NCBI RefSeq assembly: GCF_001194135.2
Contig: NC_068992.1
Coordinates: 29,502,867 to 29,542,338 of the forward strand
Length of the DNA stretch: 39,472 nt
Source: Octopus bimaculoides
Lineage: Eukaryota
Reading direction: 5' to 3'
The notes under the pieces were generated by a model, which saw only the letters and a program-made list of their open reading frames with translations, was not told the origin of the DNA and searched no databases. Made by a program: the position numbers and the translations under genes. Below, piece by piece: positions 1-11,358 of this stretch (positions are counted from its first letter, which is position 1; the number at the start of each line of letters is the position of its first letter).

Positions 1-177
1 TATATGTGTGTGTGTGTATCTGTATAAATATATGTGTACGCGCGTGGGTATGTATGCACCTATGTATGTAAACAAACCATATATATATATATATATAACA
101 AACCATATATATATATATATATACAGAGAGAGGGAGAGAGAGACTGATAGACAGCTAGAGATAGAGGGGAGAGAGGA

Positions 178-225
<48 letters not shown>

Positions 226-235
226 TGAGAGAGAT
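1..235. repeat. Compound (TG)n/(TA)n/(GA)n microsatellite region
   Basis: Direct reading; explains ORFs 8..280 and 60..251. Confidence 0.95.
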
Positions 236-714
236 GAATATTCAAAGACAAACGTGTATTTAATTAGCCATTTGTTTTGAATGTAAAATCAGTGATTACA
301 ATGTTTTGCCTTCTAATTATTCATGAATTGTCAATATATATTTATCTAGAGAAACAGAATTCATATCCACAAAGCAGTCTATTGAATCGGAACAAAGGAT
401 ATTTCTGTTAATTTGCTTATAATTAGAATAAGAATATTCCTTAAAGAATTCATTTAGAAATTCCTGGAATGTACAATGTATTAATAGTGAAAATTCTTTC
501 ATTTGAAATATTCAACAGTTATCTGTTGTAAAATAGGTCTTTTTGAAATAGGGAAAATAACAAACAAATGTCTCTACGACTATTAGATTATAAATTTTAG
601 CGAATTAATCTGCTTATTCAATGAGGAATAATATAAATTCTGATTACTTTCATTAGCACACGGCGTGAAACATGAGAGATGTATGTATATGTTATTATAT
701 CTTCTACGCCCTGG

Positions 715-876
715 TTTGGTGCTTATATTAGAAAACCGGGCAATACTCAGGATTTGAGCTCAAAATATATGGACCCAGAAAAAGCACCGTCTTGTATTTC
801 GTCGGAAGCGCTAACTAATCTGCCAGCTGGGACACTCGGTAAGACATGGATACTTGGTAAGACATGAAAGGATACG
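715..876 (+). mobile_element. Possible very decayed 3' end of an RLE LINE
   Basis: Frameshifted traces resembling GAL...QKSTVL...R.AL, directly followed by (AAT)n at 877-915. Weak. Confidence 0.25.
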
Positions 877-915
877 ATAATAATAATGATAATAATAATG
901 ATAATAATAATAATA

Positions 916-1042
916 ATCCTACGCAAAACACTTTCAATACAGTAACCATAAGAGCATCACAGCAAACCACAGCACATACCCAAGGCGCACAGAGCTGCAC
1001 TCGGTAGTGAAGTGAAAGCACGTTATAAAAATAAAACTACTG
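916..1042 (+). mobile_element. RLE LINE extreme 3' end (copy 1, heavily 5'-truncated)
   Basis: 916-945 reads ILRKTLSIQ*. The 3' UTR is clearly homologous to 1272-1405. It starts directly on (AAT)n and ends in an (AAC)n(AAT)n tail. Confidence 0.8.
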
Positions 1043-1060
1043 AACAACAACAACAACAAC

Positions 1061-1123
<63 letters not shown>

Positions 1124-1166
1124 TGTAATAATAATATTAGCAACAACAACAACAATAATAATAATA
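1043..1166. repeat. (AAC)n/(AAT)n microsatellite (LINE tail)
   Basis: Direct reading. Confidence 0.95.
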
Positions 1167-1405
1167 GGTATGATAAAAAATATTCAGACAAATACATAAC
1201 AAAAACACCAGGTCTGACAAATATATATAAAATATAAAAAAAAGAAATAGCGCTACTAGGCACCGCACACATCCTATGTAAAACATGTTCAATACAATAA
1301 AAATGAGAGCGTCACAAAAAACCCCAGCACGTACCCAAGTACCCAAGGCACACAGAGCTGCGCTCGGTAGTGCAGTGAAAGTACGTGATATAAATAAGAC
1401 TATTG
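1167..1405 (+). mobile_element. RLE LINE 3' end (copy 2, same family as copy 1)
   Basis: Reads GMIKKYSDKYITKTPGLTNIYKI*KKEIALLGTAHILCKTCSIQ*, the LLGTAHILR-type C-terminus of RLE ORFs. Shares its 3' UTR with 916-1042. Confidence 0.85.
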
Positions 1406-1544
<139 letters not shown>

Positions 1545-2250
1545 GGCGAAACAATAGACCACCTCGCCTCGGGATGTCCTGTGTTGACACAAAATGAATA
1601 CAGAAGTCTCCACGATATGTTAGAACAGTATTTACATTGGAAAATATATAAACACTCCAAATATCAACACTCCTACTTACTGGTGTGAACGTCATCCTGA
1701 GTCAATCGTTGAAGGTAAAAATGTTACTATCTTCTGAGATTTTCCAGTCAACACCGACAGAATGATCCAGGCTAATAGACCAGAGATAGTCATTAAAGAG
1801 GGGATGAATATATTCGTACACTAATAGACGTAAGTGTCCCCACTGATAAAAATATATCTGTAAAGGAATTTGAGAAATTAAATAACTATAAGGACCTGAA
1901 GATTGAAATACAAAAGATGTGGCATCTTAAAGCGAGAACTGTTCCTGCTACTGTGGGTACCCTAGGTATGATACGAAAGGGATGTCAAAAAGATCTAGAT
2001 AATATCCAAGAAGAACCATATCTTAGAGAGATTCAAAATATTGTGCTGACAAGTACTGTCCACATCCTTAGAAAACCCCAATCAATTTCAATGCCTATGT
2101 TGTATTACATGTTGAAATTCGCTACTGTCCCTGCTACATCCCCTCTCCAAACTTTCAGTCATACTGTGAGATCTATTTTACTTCATTCGCCCTAGGACGC
2201 TGGATGTGGCTGGGCAAGTGATCATAAAAAATATGTAAACTAAAAGAAAA
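1545..2250 (+). mobile_element. RLE LINE 3' fragment (copy 3): end of CCHC knuckle plus PD-(D/E)xK endonuclease, pseudogenised
   Basis: Joined frames give ETIDHLASGCPVL..EY...HD...LHWKI, ANRPEIVIK, LIDVSVPTDKN, YKDLKIEIQKMWHLK, VGTLGMIRKG and STVHILRK, with stops and frameshifts. Confidence 0.9.
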
Positions 2251-2279
2251 TAGTAATAATAATATTATCATGTACATTT

Positions 2280-2365
2280 TTTGTCTTGGTATAAGCGATG
2301 GGCTGCAACAAATATTCTGCTCAATACCACATATTTGCTTATCAGTTATTTGACCTTAACCAGTA
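2280..2365 (+). repeat. Fragment of an interspersed repeat (probably a cephalopod SINE tail)
   Basis: gatgggctgcaacaaatattctgctcaataccac...ttgaccttaaccagt matches my recollection of a common Octopus repeat. There is no second copy in the window. Confidence 0.3.
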
Positions 2366-2397
2366 TCACTTTGATGGCATGCAGTGCTCTGTCACTC

Positions 2398-2444
<47 letters not shown>

Positions 2445-2463
2445 TAATAATAATAATAATAAT
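2398..2463. repeat. (AAT)n microsatellite
   Basis: Direct reading. Confidence 0.95.
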
Positions 2464-2897
2464 CAGGTGATAGAGCATAACAGACCAGACATAATGGTGG
2501 TGGACAAGGTGCATCACATATACTATATAGTTGATGTTGCATGCCTCCTTGACCCACGAATATTCAAGAAGGAAGGCGAGAATGCAGATAGATACAACCG
2601 TCTTAAGTACGAAATAGCTCGGCTATGGAATATGAGATGGATGGTGAAGATAGTGCCAATTATTGTTGGGTCTTTCTGAATAGTATCAGAAAGCATCAAA
2701 ATGAATATAAAGTTAATTTAAATGGAGTTCTCAGTAGAACTGTTAGAAAAGGTTTGTCTCCTTGGCACGGCCAGAAAAATCAGAAAGTATTAGATTGTTG
2801 AAAAGAACGAATAGCATTGTACCGTTGGCTGCTGGCAGTAAGCGTGTTACGCATGCAAGACTCCAGGAGCTCCTACAGTACCTGTGCTAAAGAGAAA
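2464..2897 (+). mobile_element. RLE LINE 3' fragment (copy 4, distinct family)
   Basis: Reads EHNRPDIMVVDK...IVDVAC...YNRLKYEIARLW...VPIIVGS...VCLLGTARKIR. Begins directly on (AAT)n. Confidence 0.9.
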
Positions 2898-2899
2898 AA

Positions 2900-2961
2900 T
2901 AATAATATTAAACTAATAATATTAATAAACTAATAATATTAATAAACTAATAATAATAAAC
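2900..2961. repeat. 17-bp minisatellite (taataatattaataaac, about 4 units)
   Basis: Two full units (2914-2947) flanked by two units each missing 3 bp. Occupies the tail position of LINE copy 4. Confidence 0.85.
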
Positions 2962-2974
2962 TACAGACACAAGA

Positions 2975-3038
2975 ACTGAAACTTTGGGATGGGGGAATAG
3001 TCGATGATATCGACCCGAGTGCATATCAGGTATTTATC
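2975..3038 (-). mobile_element. tRNA-derived SINE family A, short 3' fragment
   Basis: tagtcgatgatatcgacccgagtgc...ggtatttatc matches the copies at 8631-8758 and 11359-11485. Confidence 0.65.
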
Positions 3039-3953
3039 AGAGACGGAAGGGTTTATCATAGCAGCCCAGAATTAGTGCCTACCTACAAGAAGCTACCTGG
3101 CCAACGTCTTATAGAAAGGTAGTAGCCCAACTTATAATGTATGTAAACAGCAGATCTAAACCATCGATTATATTGTCTCCATTTGCAGCCATCTTATGCC
3201 TACAGAGTATCTCAACATGCATGATAGAATGACAGAATATATTCACTGAGTAATTTGCAAAGACCTGGACATGCCCCATAGGAAAAACTGATGGGAATAC
3301 CAACCACTACCAGTGCTTGAACATGATCACGCCTCACTTCTTTGGAACTTCACGCTAATAGAAAGATGAATGCAAATAGGCCAGACATTATATTGAACGG
3401 TTTCAGACAAAAATCCCGCCCCCTCATCGATATGACTGTCCCAATCGACATAAATTTGTATGTAATACCTACCAGAAACAGAAATTAGCAGAATGTGAAG
3501 CCTGAAGACGAAAACAATACCTGTCATCATAGGTACCCTAGGAATACAGCAAAGGGGCTGATAGTTAACTATCACAGATACCAGGAAATCCAAAATCGGA
3601 TGAAATTAAAAATTCATAGTAACTGCTCATATCCTGCGAAAAATATTGCCTATATAATTCCCAAAATATTTTAATCAATAAACATTATGAAAAGTACTTT
3701 TGAATGCAACATAAATAGCATACACATTTCACTGTCATCTTAAGATCATACTATCATCTTATCATCAAATTGCTTTTAAAACAAACTTCTAATTTTCTTG
3801 TTTTGACAGACATTCTCTAGAACAATACTCTGCAAAACCAAAAATACGGTACCCCAGTCATAATATCAACTTGAACTTCTACCTTATAGTCTCTTGAGGC
3901 CTCTAGGTTAGACTTGGAGTTAACTTGTACAAATATAAAGCAAAAGCCAAACA
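3037..3953 (+). mobile_element. RLE LINE 3' fragment (copy 5)
   Basis: Reads SETEGFIIAAQ, CKQQI*TIDYIVSIC, HDR..EYIH*VICK, ANRPDIIL, LIDMTVPID, TIPVIIGTLG and TAHILRKIL. The 3' UTR ends in (AAT)n at 3954-3972. Confidence 0.9.
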
Positions 3954-4054
3954 TAATAATAATAATAATAATGAAGAAGCACTCCTCAACCACGGATTAC
4001 ACAATTAATTCCATGTAGCCACAACTGAAGTTGCTGTAGAAAATAAGTGGGTCT

Positions 4055-4295
4055 AGTTAAAGAAAGAGCACTTAGAAAGGAGACTGGCATTATTAAACCA
4101 TTCATTCACAACATATTGGGGTGGGGTCAATCTTTGAAATGATGTCTCCAGTGTGCTTAATTTGTAATCGAAACGATTGCTATATTGTGAATGAATATCC
4201 TGGATTTTCACGAAACAGATGTATAAGTTGTGGTGACATATTAAGAAAGTAAACGTTCTGCACTGGAAACTGTGAAAAGTGGGGGTTACAGAGCA
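4055..4295 (+). mobile_element. Highly decayed RLE LINE fragment (knuckle region)
   Basis: Traces of W.WLKK..L.RET, CLIC....YIVNEYP and LHWKL.EKWGL. Confidence 0.5.
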
Positions 4296-4304
4296 GGTGA
4301 TTAA

Positions 4305-4750
4305 GTCAGGAAGTTGGGAAAAGGAACTTCAAACAAAGCATGTTAAACAGATTGACGAGAAACATTTCCCGGATCACTTTTGGAAAACTATTGAGGCTGT
4401 GTGTGGAATAAAATACTGAACTGCGAAAAACAACTTCAGAATATACGTACTTGAGAGAAAAGTGTAGAATATGTAGAATTTGGGATTGAAGGATGGCACA
4501 CAGTTTTGCAGAATGTCCCAAGTTGTCTTAGGGACAATATAAGAAATTGATGTATGATCTAGTTTTCAAAGTTATGCACTTGAAGCTTTGTTGGAAATGG
4601 GGTTTGAAGTAGGAAGAAGAGGGTGCAGTCATCAGATAGAAAGAGTGTTTGAGTTGGAACTTTGCAAGTTTATGTGAGATTTTCCAATTCGAACGGATAA
4701 GGGAAACATAGCTAGCCCCAGATATTACAATACTGGACAAGGAGAATCAA
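4305..4750 (+). mobile_element. Decayed RLE LINE fragment with CX2CX8HX4C knuckle
   Basis: From 4460 the frame reads KCRICRIWD*RMAHSFAECPKLS*GQYKK...MHLKLCWKWG. About 4715-4750 reads PDITILDKENQ. Confidence 0.75.
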
Positions 4751-4913
4751 TATGTGTATATATTAATTTTGAATTTCCGTAAGCTTCTGTATAATCTAAC
4801 GTACTATGTCCCAAAATGCAAGCGATTACCAACATTTTATTTGGATCTTCTAGTCTATCTGAAATTTTCTGTGTATAACAATAAATTTATTAATGTGCTG
4901 ATGTCCGTACCTA

Positions 4914-4983
4914 TCCATTTTACAGTACTCGACATAAAAGTTGGTTAGTCCATTTTACAGTACCCGAAATAAATGTTGGTTAG
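4914..4983. repeat. 35-bp tandem duplication
   Basis: 4914-4948 and 4949-4983 match at 32 of 35 positions. Confidence 0.9.
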
Positions 4984-5411
4984 TCGTATTCCCTCGCCTT
5001 TGCCAGCGTATAAAAGGAATGAATGAGAAAATGAAGGCTACTGAGAACTTAACAGAAGAGATGCAGGACGAGTGTCTTATAACCTTCAGATAAACACACA
5101 TTTTTAAATGCAATTTTGTAGAAATACGTTTTCGATAAAGTAGACCTTGTTGATGCTGGTAATAGAGAAACAATAACATGTATTTATTGTAAATATACAA
5201 AGAAGAAATTCATGTTATTCATTTTATATGAAGGCTATTATAATTTTCTTTTCAAAAGTACAATTCATTCCATCATCTCCAAAAAGTACTAAGATAAACG
5301 ATAATATTTATAATTCTTGTATGTATGGCATATGTCCTGAACTTTTATCCATAGTGATGAAGGCATACTTCCAGCATTACCCGTCATATGATGGGTCGCA
5401 CTTCAGTACAT

Positions 5412-5456
5412 ATGTGTGTGTGTATGTATGTATGTATCTATCTATCTATCTATCTG

Positions 5457-5505
<49 letters not shown>

Positions 5506-5779
5506 ATATGTATGTGTGTATGTGTGTGTGTGTGCGCGTGTGTATATGTATGCATGTAAGAAATTATGTGAGTGTGTGGGCATGTGTGTGTATGTGTGTG
5601 AGTGTGTGTGTGTAGGTATCCATATTTTAGTTCCTTAGCTGCCTGCATTTTCGGCAAAATGAAAGAAGATATGAAGGATTGTATAAATATATTAAAAGCA
5701 CGAAACGTCAAAATTAGTAACATTTCATTGACTATCATTCGTTCTTATTACTCCTTAATTAACATATTTCAAATATTCA

Positions 5780-5819
<40 letters not shown>
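5412..5819. repeat. (TG)n/(TATG)n/(TATC)n microsatellites, plus (TA)n at about 5784-5819
   Basis: Direct reading. Confidence 0.9.
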
Positions 5820-5822
<3 letters not shown>

Positions 5823-6422
5823 GTAAGATAAAATCAAAATCAAATGAAAATTAGACTAACCGTATGTGAAGTCATTAGAAGACAAGTTAACTTCTAATCC
5901 GGATTAAAATATCGGTAGACCGAAATAATACTACAGCTTACGAAAGATCAATATAAACTTTTGAGTCTTACGTATTACAAATAGTCAGAATGAGAAATAA
6001 TGAAAAGATAAATAACGAAGGAAACATCAATACACGCAAAAAACTAACTAATAAGGTTTACTAAGACGTCAATGCTTTCTGGAATACTAAATACTTTGAA
6101 TCATCAGTAGGACAATTTGGAAAATACTAAAATAATAAATAATCGAATGTACAAAACATGATGGAAATACTGAAAATAAAAACTGACATGTATGTAAAAG
6201 TGATTGTTGTATTTCAACTAGAAGATGATTTAAAATATTTTGATTTTGGTCGATCATAGAACACATTATAATAATATTCGTTTATTGTTTTATTCTGTTT
6301 CTTGTTTTAATCATTGAAGTGGCTGAGCAGAGGTAGTGTAAACAAAGCTTTTCACTAATTATTTCAACCCTAGTAATTACATTAATGTGAGTCTTATATT
6401 ATTAATAGCTCTGGTTCTGGTT

Positions 6423-6625
6423 AACGCGGTGAGCTAGTAAAGTTGTTAGCACGATGGAGAAAATGTTGGTGATGTTTCTTCCGTCACACACACTCTGAGT
6501 TCAAATTTCACTGAGATCGACATTGCTTTTAATCTCTTTAGCGGGTTAATACCAATTGAGCATTGGTGTTGATATCTGCTCTCTTCAGAATTGATGAACT
6601 TGTGCTAAAATTAGAAAGAATTATT
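6423..6625 (+). mobile_element. tRNA-derived SINE family A, near full-length, decayed
   Basis: Head aacgcggtgagctag...ttagcacg and B-box-like gagttcaaatt. Reverse-complement similarity to 6742-6946. Confidence 0.75.
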
Positions 6626-6741
6626 GATTGCTCACGTACCCGGAGCCACGTGATTGTGAAACGTACTGCTCAATCACACAGTAATGTCTGTACCGACATC
6701 CAGTCACTTTCTTAGTGAAAATATCTCACCTCCCTAATATT

Positions 6742-6946
6742 CATTTCAAATTTTAGCACATGGTCAGCATTTTCGGGTGAGATGTAAGTTGATTACACCA
6801 ACCCTAGTGCTCAAATAGTACTTATTTTATCGACCTAGAAAGGACGAATGGCCAAATCGATCTTGGCAGAATTTGAACTCAGAACACAAAGACAGGTTGC
6901 TAACTATTTTTCCGGGCATGCTAATGGTTCTGTCAATCACCGCTTT
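6742..6946 (-). mobile_element. tRNA-derived SINE family A
   Basis: The minus strand has the head, B-box-like gagttcaaattc and the body gtcgataaaataagtac...gagcact. Confidence 0.85.
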
Positions 6947-6962
6947 CCTGTTCCCTAATATT

Positions 6963-7138
6963 GCTTTTAAAATTTTGCACAAGGCAAGTAAGTTCGATTA
7001 AATCGATTCCAGTCCTCAAATGGTACTTATTTTAAAAAGCAAAGTTAATCCTGGCGTTAATCCTTGAACGTAAAGACGGACGAAATGCCGTTAAGCATTT
7101 TGCCCGGCATGCTGATGACTCTCTCAGTTCGCCACCTT
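6963..7138 (-). mobile_element. tRNA-derived SINE family A with internal deletions
   Basis: cgtaaagacggacgaaatgccgttaagcattttgcccggcatgc head region; homologous to the neighbouring copy. Confidence 0.85.
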
Positions 7139-7549
7139 CCTCCTCCCTAAATATTACTGACTAGGCCTTTGCTTACAATTGAAGATCTTGCTGCTTTTAG
7201 TATGTCGCCCCCAGCATATTTGATGACATCATGTCGATAACTAACGGCGTTATCGCTTCATACCTCCGTCTATCATACTCTATTATTTACTGATTTATTC
7301 AAAATTTAGTGATATTTTCTGCTTCTAAACCGAATGATTTCATTTTCTTCCAAACTTAAATACATTATCTATTCTTTTATTTATTACTTCTAGAGTTGGT
7401 GTTTATTGTTAATGTACCTCTTTGTATTTACAGGCTGTATCTTTTTATATTTGATTTAGTAATCTTATACGTCCATTGTTTTAGTGATTTTATACCTCTC
7501 TGCATCAGTCTCTTCGGGCTTCCGTATATATATGTTTTATATTTTAATG

Positions 7550-7887
7550 TTTCAGTCATAAGACTGCGGGGCAAAACCTTGAAGAATTTTAGTCGAATGA
7601 ATCAACCCCATACTTACATATTTAAAAACTTGGCGCTCGGTTTAACAGTCTCTTTTGCCGAACTGCTAGATTACGGGGGCGTAAATATACCAACATCGGT
7701 TGTTAAGCGATAGTGGGAGACAAACATAAACACGAAGATACATTCATACAAACATATATACGACGGGCTTCTTTTAATTTCCGTCTGTCAAGTCCACTCA
7801 CAAGGATTTGGTCGGCTCAAGACAGTTGCCACATGGTTAAACCGAACCCAGAACCACATGGTTGGTTAGCAAGCTTCTTACCACACA
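7550..7887 (-). mobile_element. tRNA-derived SINE family B with composite tail
   Basis: Minus-strand head tgtgtggtaagaagcttgc..aaccaaccatgtggttctgggttcgg. The body at 7758-7815 is homologous (reverse complement) to 32882-32938. Confidence 0.75.
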
Positions 7888-7949
7888 TGTATATATATAT
7901 TATGTAATGGATCAACCTATTTCCATTTAATTTTATTCCTTTTCGCATT

Positions 7950-8310
7950 TAGTGATTCTTTTCCCACCCTGCTAACATTTACTGACTTTTATCTCAGTTC
8001 CTTAGATCTGAATAATATCAATCGTTACAGGCAATACCAAAATTTCTCCAATGTTTTTGATGGTGTGAACAACATTGACAGATATTTTCTAATATTAGTG
8101 TCTGGCTTTATAATCATGAGCATTCTTCCATTGATTTATATTTAAGATATAAATCTTTATATAGATTTAACACAACAAAATTCTGATTTTCGTTGTGCAT
8201 TTTTTGCTCTCTGTAGAATAGTGTTGCATTCTATGTTTTTGTAACGTTCTCTGTATGCAAAGCGAAATCAATTTTACTTTCGGATTTCGACATACACCTT
8301 CTAGTACATG
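7950..8310 (-). mobile_element. Possible very decayed Penelope-like GIY-YIG C-terminal fragment
   Basis: Traces YKIN.R...KP..N.RK...EKF resembling 34260-34380. Weak. Confidence 0.25.
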
Positions 8311-8319
8311 TTATTATGC

Positions 8320-8537
<218 letters not shown>

Positions 8538-8630
8538 TTTGGATAAAGAAATGTAGTCATTTAAGAAAGGGGCTACTTCGATACCGTAGGTAGTCAACAC
8601 ACTAATAATTATAATTCTTATTTTTGTTGG

Positions 8631-8758
8631 TTTCAAATTCTGGAACAACGCTAGCAATTTTGGGTGGAGGAAGGCTACGTCAATTACATCGACCCCAGTG
8701 CTCAACTGGTACTTATTAGCGTTCTGCTTGGCATACTATAACGATCCTGCCATTTACC
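8631..8758 (-). mobile_element. tRNA-derived SINE family A, internally deleted
   Basis: gtcaattacatcgaccccagtgctcaactggtacttatt core shared with the other copies. Confidence 0.7.
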
Positions 8759-8813
8759 TGGCGTGCAATCGAATCTGCCAGATCACCCTATTAATTCCTA
8801 TTATTAATAATAT

Positions 8814-10112
8814 TTACTGATACCTATTGCTTATAGATCCGGAATCCAGTCACACAGTTCTAGGGTACCAAAGGATTTATTTTTACTATTTAAGGGAGAG
8901 CACCTTTGTTAGTCTGTAGGCTGTTCGCCAGATGCTGTTCTGTTTTGAAGGTTTTGGATATTGACTTTGCCAGGCATTTTGAGGGTAAATCTGTTTAATC
9001 TTCTTTCCACGAGCTCAAGAGCACCGATAACGATAAATATTAATTTAGTATCCACTACCTACACCACTACATTTTGGAAAGTTTATAACTTTTCGGTGAT
9101 TTTTCTGTATGTATTTTGCCCTCTGATGGCATTGCGACGTTTGTTATGAGGCATTTCTTTTCTTTCTCATCCCCAATAATGATGTCAGGACGGTTTGATG
9201 TCATTTTCCGGTCTTTATGAATAGGCATATCCCGTAGTATGGAGACTGTTTCGATTAATGGTCATACTATTTCTCAGTGGTCTCGATCTTCTATTGTTTG
9301 CAAATTTTCCAGTGGATGTTTGCTGCTGCCTTGTTATGCCATTAGGTATATTCTGTCTTAAGTTCCGTTTAGCCCGTGACAAGATGAGTTATTATGTTTC
9401 TGAACTTGCTACATATCCTGCATTGTGAGTAGGGTACGGTTTGTTAGTATTCATGTTGATAGGATATTTTCGGAAGTTTCTGGTCTTGTGAAACAATGAC
9501 GAGTTTCTGGTTCAAGGTCACCTGTTCTGGGTCATTTGTGTTTCCTGTGATAATCTATATCAGAGTAGGTTTCCTTTTATTGCGTTTCCTCCCATTTTGA
9601 GGTTAGCTGTCTTTGTCATTGGCTTCTATCTTGCTTTTTTACTCTTTGGACGGCGTACTTGGTGGTTGTCTCAAGTTCAGTTGGTAGTTGCTCTGGAGTA
9701 CCCTTTAGCATTTTTTTGCTATGGCGTAGAAGTTGATGCTTTTCTTTGTTCTGAATCTTTGGCTGTTTGCCGGAGATGGCCTTCAGTTATTTCAAGTATT
9801 TAGCCACCATCACTTCTTGACCACCATCACTTCTTGGCTACCATCACTTCTTGGCCACCACCACTTCTTGGCCACCATCACTTCTTGGCCACCATCACCT
9901 CTTGGAAGATACAATCTTACATTATCTGATTTGGTATGATGCATTTTCTCCCTTTATGAGGAGAGTGTTAAAGTTTGCAAGTACAATACAGAATAAGGTA
10001 AGCGATATCGAATCCCCATGGTACAGTCGACTTTTACATGTTTAAGTGTTGATAGCAGTGAAACTTTTTCGTGGCTGAAATGGAAGGTGCTCTTCCAATC
10101 TTTCAAGATGGT
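8814..10112 (-). mobile_element. RLE LINE, internally deleted: RT remnant, knuckle and endonuclease
   Basis: The minus strand gives LYHGDSISLTLFCIVL (RT), RLYLPRGDGG, CRICSK..IITHLVTG, HNKAAANIHWKICK, SNRPDIII, IVIGAL and TKVLSLK* (stop at 8886-8888), then a short AAT-like tail. Confidence 0.85.
9804..9905. repeat. Minisatellite, 6 x 17 bp (ccaccatcacttcttgg)
   Basis: Six contiguous units, each with at most one substitution. Confidence 0.95.
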
Positions 10113-10156
<44 letters not shown>

Positions 10157-10248
10157 CTTCTTCTTCTTCTTCTTCTTCTTCTTCTTCTTCTTCTTCTTCT
10201 TCTTCTTCTTCTTCTTCTTCTTCTTCTTCTTCTTCTTCTTCTTTCTTC
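10113..10248. repeat. (TTG)n(TTC)n microsatellite; reads (GAA)n(CAA)n on the LINE strand
   Basis: Direct reading. Confidence 0.95.
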
Positions 10249-10600
10249 TGCAGTTTCGTTCTTTCATTACAAAGCTCTTTTCATATTAGTTGTATATAGT
10301 TCCTTTGCATTCACCGTGTTCAACGTTATATGTGTGCATATTAGGGCATATTGCTAAGTCCTTTCGCTGTGATTTTCAGTAATTCTCAAACTACCTCTAA
10401 CAATATGGATTTTTCTGTTTGAAGTCAGCACATTTTGAATATCTTTATTTCCAATACTTTATATTGGGATAATATGCCAATTTCGTCCGGGGATACATTA
10501 GCGTTCTTCCAAATTGATACTTCCATTAGATGACACATCCTATCCTGGTGGTCTTCGACGAGAATACTCTCTGGATTATGCATTGATCTTATTGCATGCA
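10249..10600 (-). mobile_element. Decayed RLE LINE 3' fragment
   Basis: ORF 10425..10625 reads NPESILVEDHQDRMCHLMEVSI...NVS..EI..LSQYKVLEIKI.KMC, a decayed form of the RPDI..IDVSVP..YKDL.IEI.KMW block seen at 1770-1925. Confidence 0.65.
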
Positions 10601-10699
10601 TTAACGCATTCCTAATTACGGTCATTTTCTATCTCTTTCCGAATTAATCCAGGAAACACACAGGCACACCTACATACACATACTTATATATGTACATCT

Positions 10700-10731
<32 letters not shown>

Positions 10732-11358
10732 ACTACTTCATTTCCTAACCNNNNNNNNNNNNNNNNNNNNNNNNNNNNNNNNNNNNNNNNNNNNNNNNNN
10801 NNNNNNNNNNNNNNNNNNNNNNNNNNNNNNNNNNNNNNNNNNNNNNNNNNNNNNNNNNNNNNNNNNNNNNNNNNNNNNNNNNNNNNNNNNNNNNNNNNNN
10901 NNNNNNNNNNNNNNNNNNNNNNNNNNNNNNNNNNNNNNNNNNNNNNNNNNNNNNNNNNNNNNNNNNNNNNNNNNNNNNNNNNNNNNNNNNNNNNNNNNNN
11001 NNNNNNNNNNNNNNNNNNNNNNNNNNNNNNNNNNNNNNNNNNNNNNNNNNNNNNNNNNNNNNNNNNNNNNNNNNNNNNNNNNNNNNNNNNNNNNNNNNNN
11101 NNNNNNNNNNNNNNNNNNNNNNNNNNNNNNNNNNNNNNNNNNNCCTACCTACCTACCTACCTACCTACCTACCTACCTACCTACCTACCTACCTACTTAC
11201 CTACCTACCTATCTATCTAACCATATATATATATTCACCTTTCCGTGAGAGAATACGGTATCCGCCAGGATACTTTACCCCTTTCGTAATCTTTTAAACA
11301 GACAGACAGACAGACAGACACACAGACACACACACACACACACACACAAATATATATA

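Noticed and set aside
5980-6280. Possible very old Penelope GIY-YIG remnant on the + strand
   Set aside because: Needs several frameshifts and no diagnostic motif is intact.
6423-7887. tRNA-like A/B-box sequences
   Set aside because: These are SINE heads; no complete cloverleaf, so not called as tRNA genes.
9804-9905. CRISPR-like appearance of regular short repeats
   Set aside because: The units are contiguous with no spacers, there are no cas genes, and the context is eukaryotic.
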